From a virus: a DNA stretch of 43,435 nucleotides. Position 1 is the stretch's first letter. The number at the start of each line of letters is the position of its first letter. Under the pieces are notes generated by a model, which saw nothing but the letters and a program-made list of their open reading frames with translations, was not told where the DNA came from and did not search any database. Shown piece by piece: positions 43,185 to 43,435 of this stretch. The stretch covers positions 1 to 43,435 of the IMG/VR virus record IMGVR_UViG_3300017978_000327; one strand, 5' to 3'. The translations under genes and the position numbers were made by a program.

Positions 43185-43388
43185 ATGTGGAAACTATGGA
43201 TAGTAGCCAGCCTATGCGACAATTGTGGAAAATGTGAAGAAACTATCCCTTGGCTGCTATCCCAACACGATCAGACGATTTATATTAATATATCAAGAGC
43301 AAATGCTGATGAGCTGCTGGCCGATGCCAAGGAAATTGTCAAAAACTGCCCACAGGGAGCGGCAAGACTCCGGTGCGCTAATAGATAA
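43185..43388 (+). CDS. Single-cluster [4Fe-4S]/[3Fe-4S] ferredoxin
   Basis: ATG 43185 with AAGGGAG SD. MWKLWIVASLCDNCGKCEETIP...AKEIVKNCPQGAARL aligns by eye with Thermotoga maritima Fd [20 protein letters not shown]...AKDAADSCPTGAISV, giving CxxCxxC ... CP. Confidence 0.7.
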   Translation: MWKLWIVASLCDNCGKCEETIPWLLSQHDQTIYINISRANADELLADAKEIVKNCPQGAARLRCANR

Positions 43389-43435
43389 TAATGAATAAAG
43401 TGCTTGCACAATAGTAAAACTGGTGTTATTATTCC
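43381..43435. repeat. Second copy of the 55-nt terminal repeat
   Basis: Identical to 1..55. It contains the last 8 nt of the ferredoxin CDS and promoter P1. Confidence 0.95.

Noticed and set aside
43185-43220. Rz1-like o-spanin lipoprotein reading of MWKLWIVASLC
   Set aside because: The -1 residue before Cys is Leu, a poor lipobox. The Cys is the first ligand of a CxxCxxC...CP ferredoxin motif that explains the whole ORF.
49-43222. All minus-strand ORFs in the six-frame track (for example 19809..20294 at 161 aa, 27276..27800 at 174 aa, 25453..25935 at 160 aa, 37925..38338 at 137 aa)
   Set aside because: Each lies antisense to a + strand gene with clear homology or tight operon structure. 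They lack SD sequences, and their products are low-complexity mirror-frame artefacts. No minus-strand promoter was seen.

Overview
The window is a complete, circularly closed dsDNA phage genome. The first 55 nt are identical to the last 55 nt, so the unique length is 43380 bp. Every supportable gene is on the + strand. I found no tRNA, rRNA, CRISPR array, integrase, CI-type repressor, reverse transcriptase or recognisable endolysin. Left arm (77 to about 14.3 kb): an early and replication region packed with genes under 100 codons. It includes about ten CxxC zinc-ribbon mini-proteins, two Lar-family restriction-alleviation-like proteins, a NinB-like protein, two free-standing HNH endonucleases, an Erf-type annealase, SSB, a RuvC-like resolvase, an amber-interrupted ASCH gene, an AEP primase, an SF2 helicase, an RHH regulator, a lipoprotein and a cytosine-C5-methyltransferase-like core protein. 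Right arm: a P22-type morphogenesis module in canonical order. The order is TerS, TerL, portal, scaffold, coat, gp4-like, gp10-like, needle-position protein, three ejection-type proteins, and a tailspike with a P22-like head-binding N-terminus. Behind the tailspike lies the most unusual part. It is an 11-kb translationally coupled operon in which seven of eight proteins begin with classical Sec signal peptides. They comprise fibre-like adhesins, a beta-helix protein, and CBM-like and FN3-like modules. This operon is followed by holin-like membrane proteins and a single-cluster 4Fe-4S ferredoxin. The first gene after the circular junction encodes a secreted PEP-CTERM protein. Six sigma70-like promoters can be read, three with an extended -10. 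There is also one very strong 19-bp bidirectional terminator and a 20-nt translation-initiation junction repeated before four consecutive mini-genes. All homology statements come from recognising motifs by eye. No searches were run.
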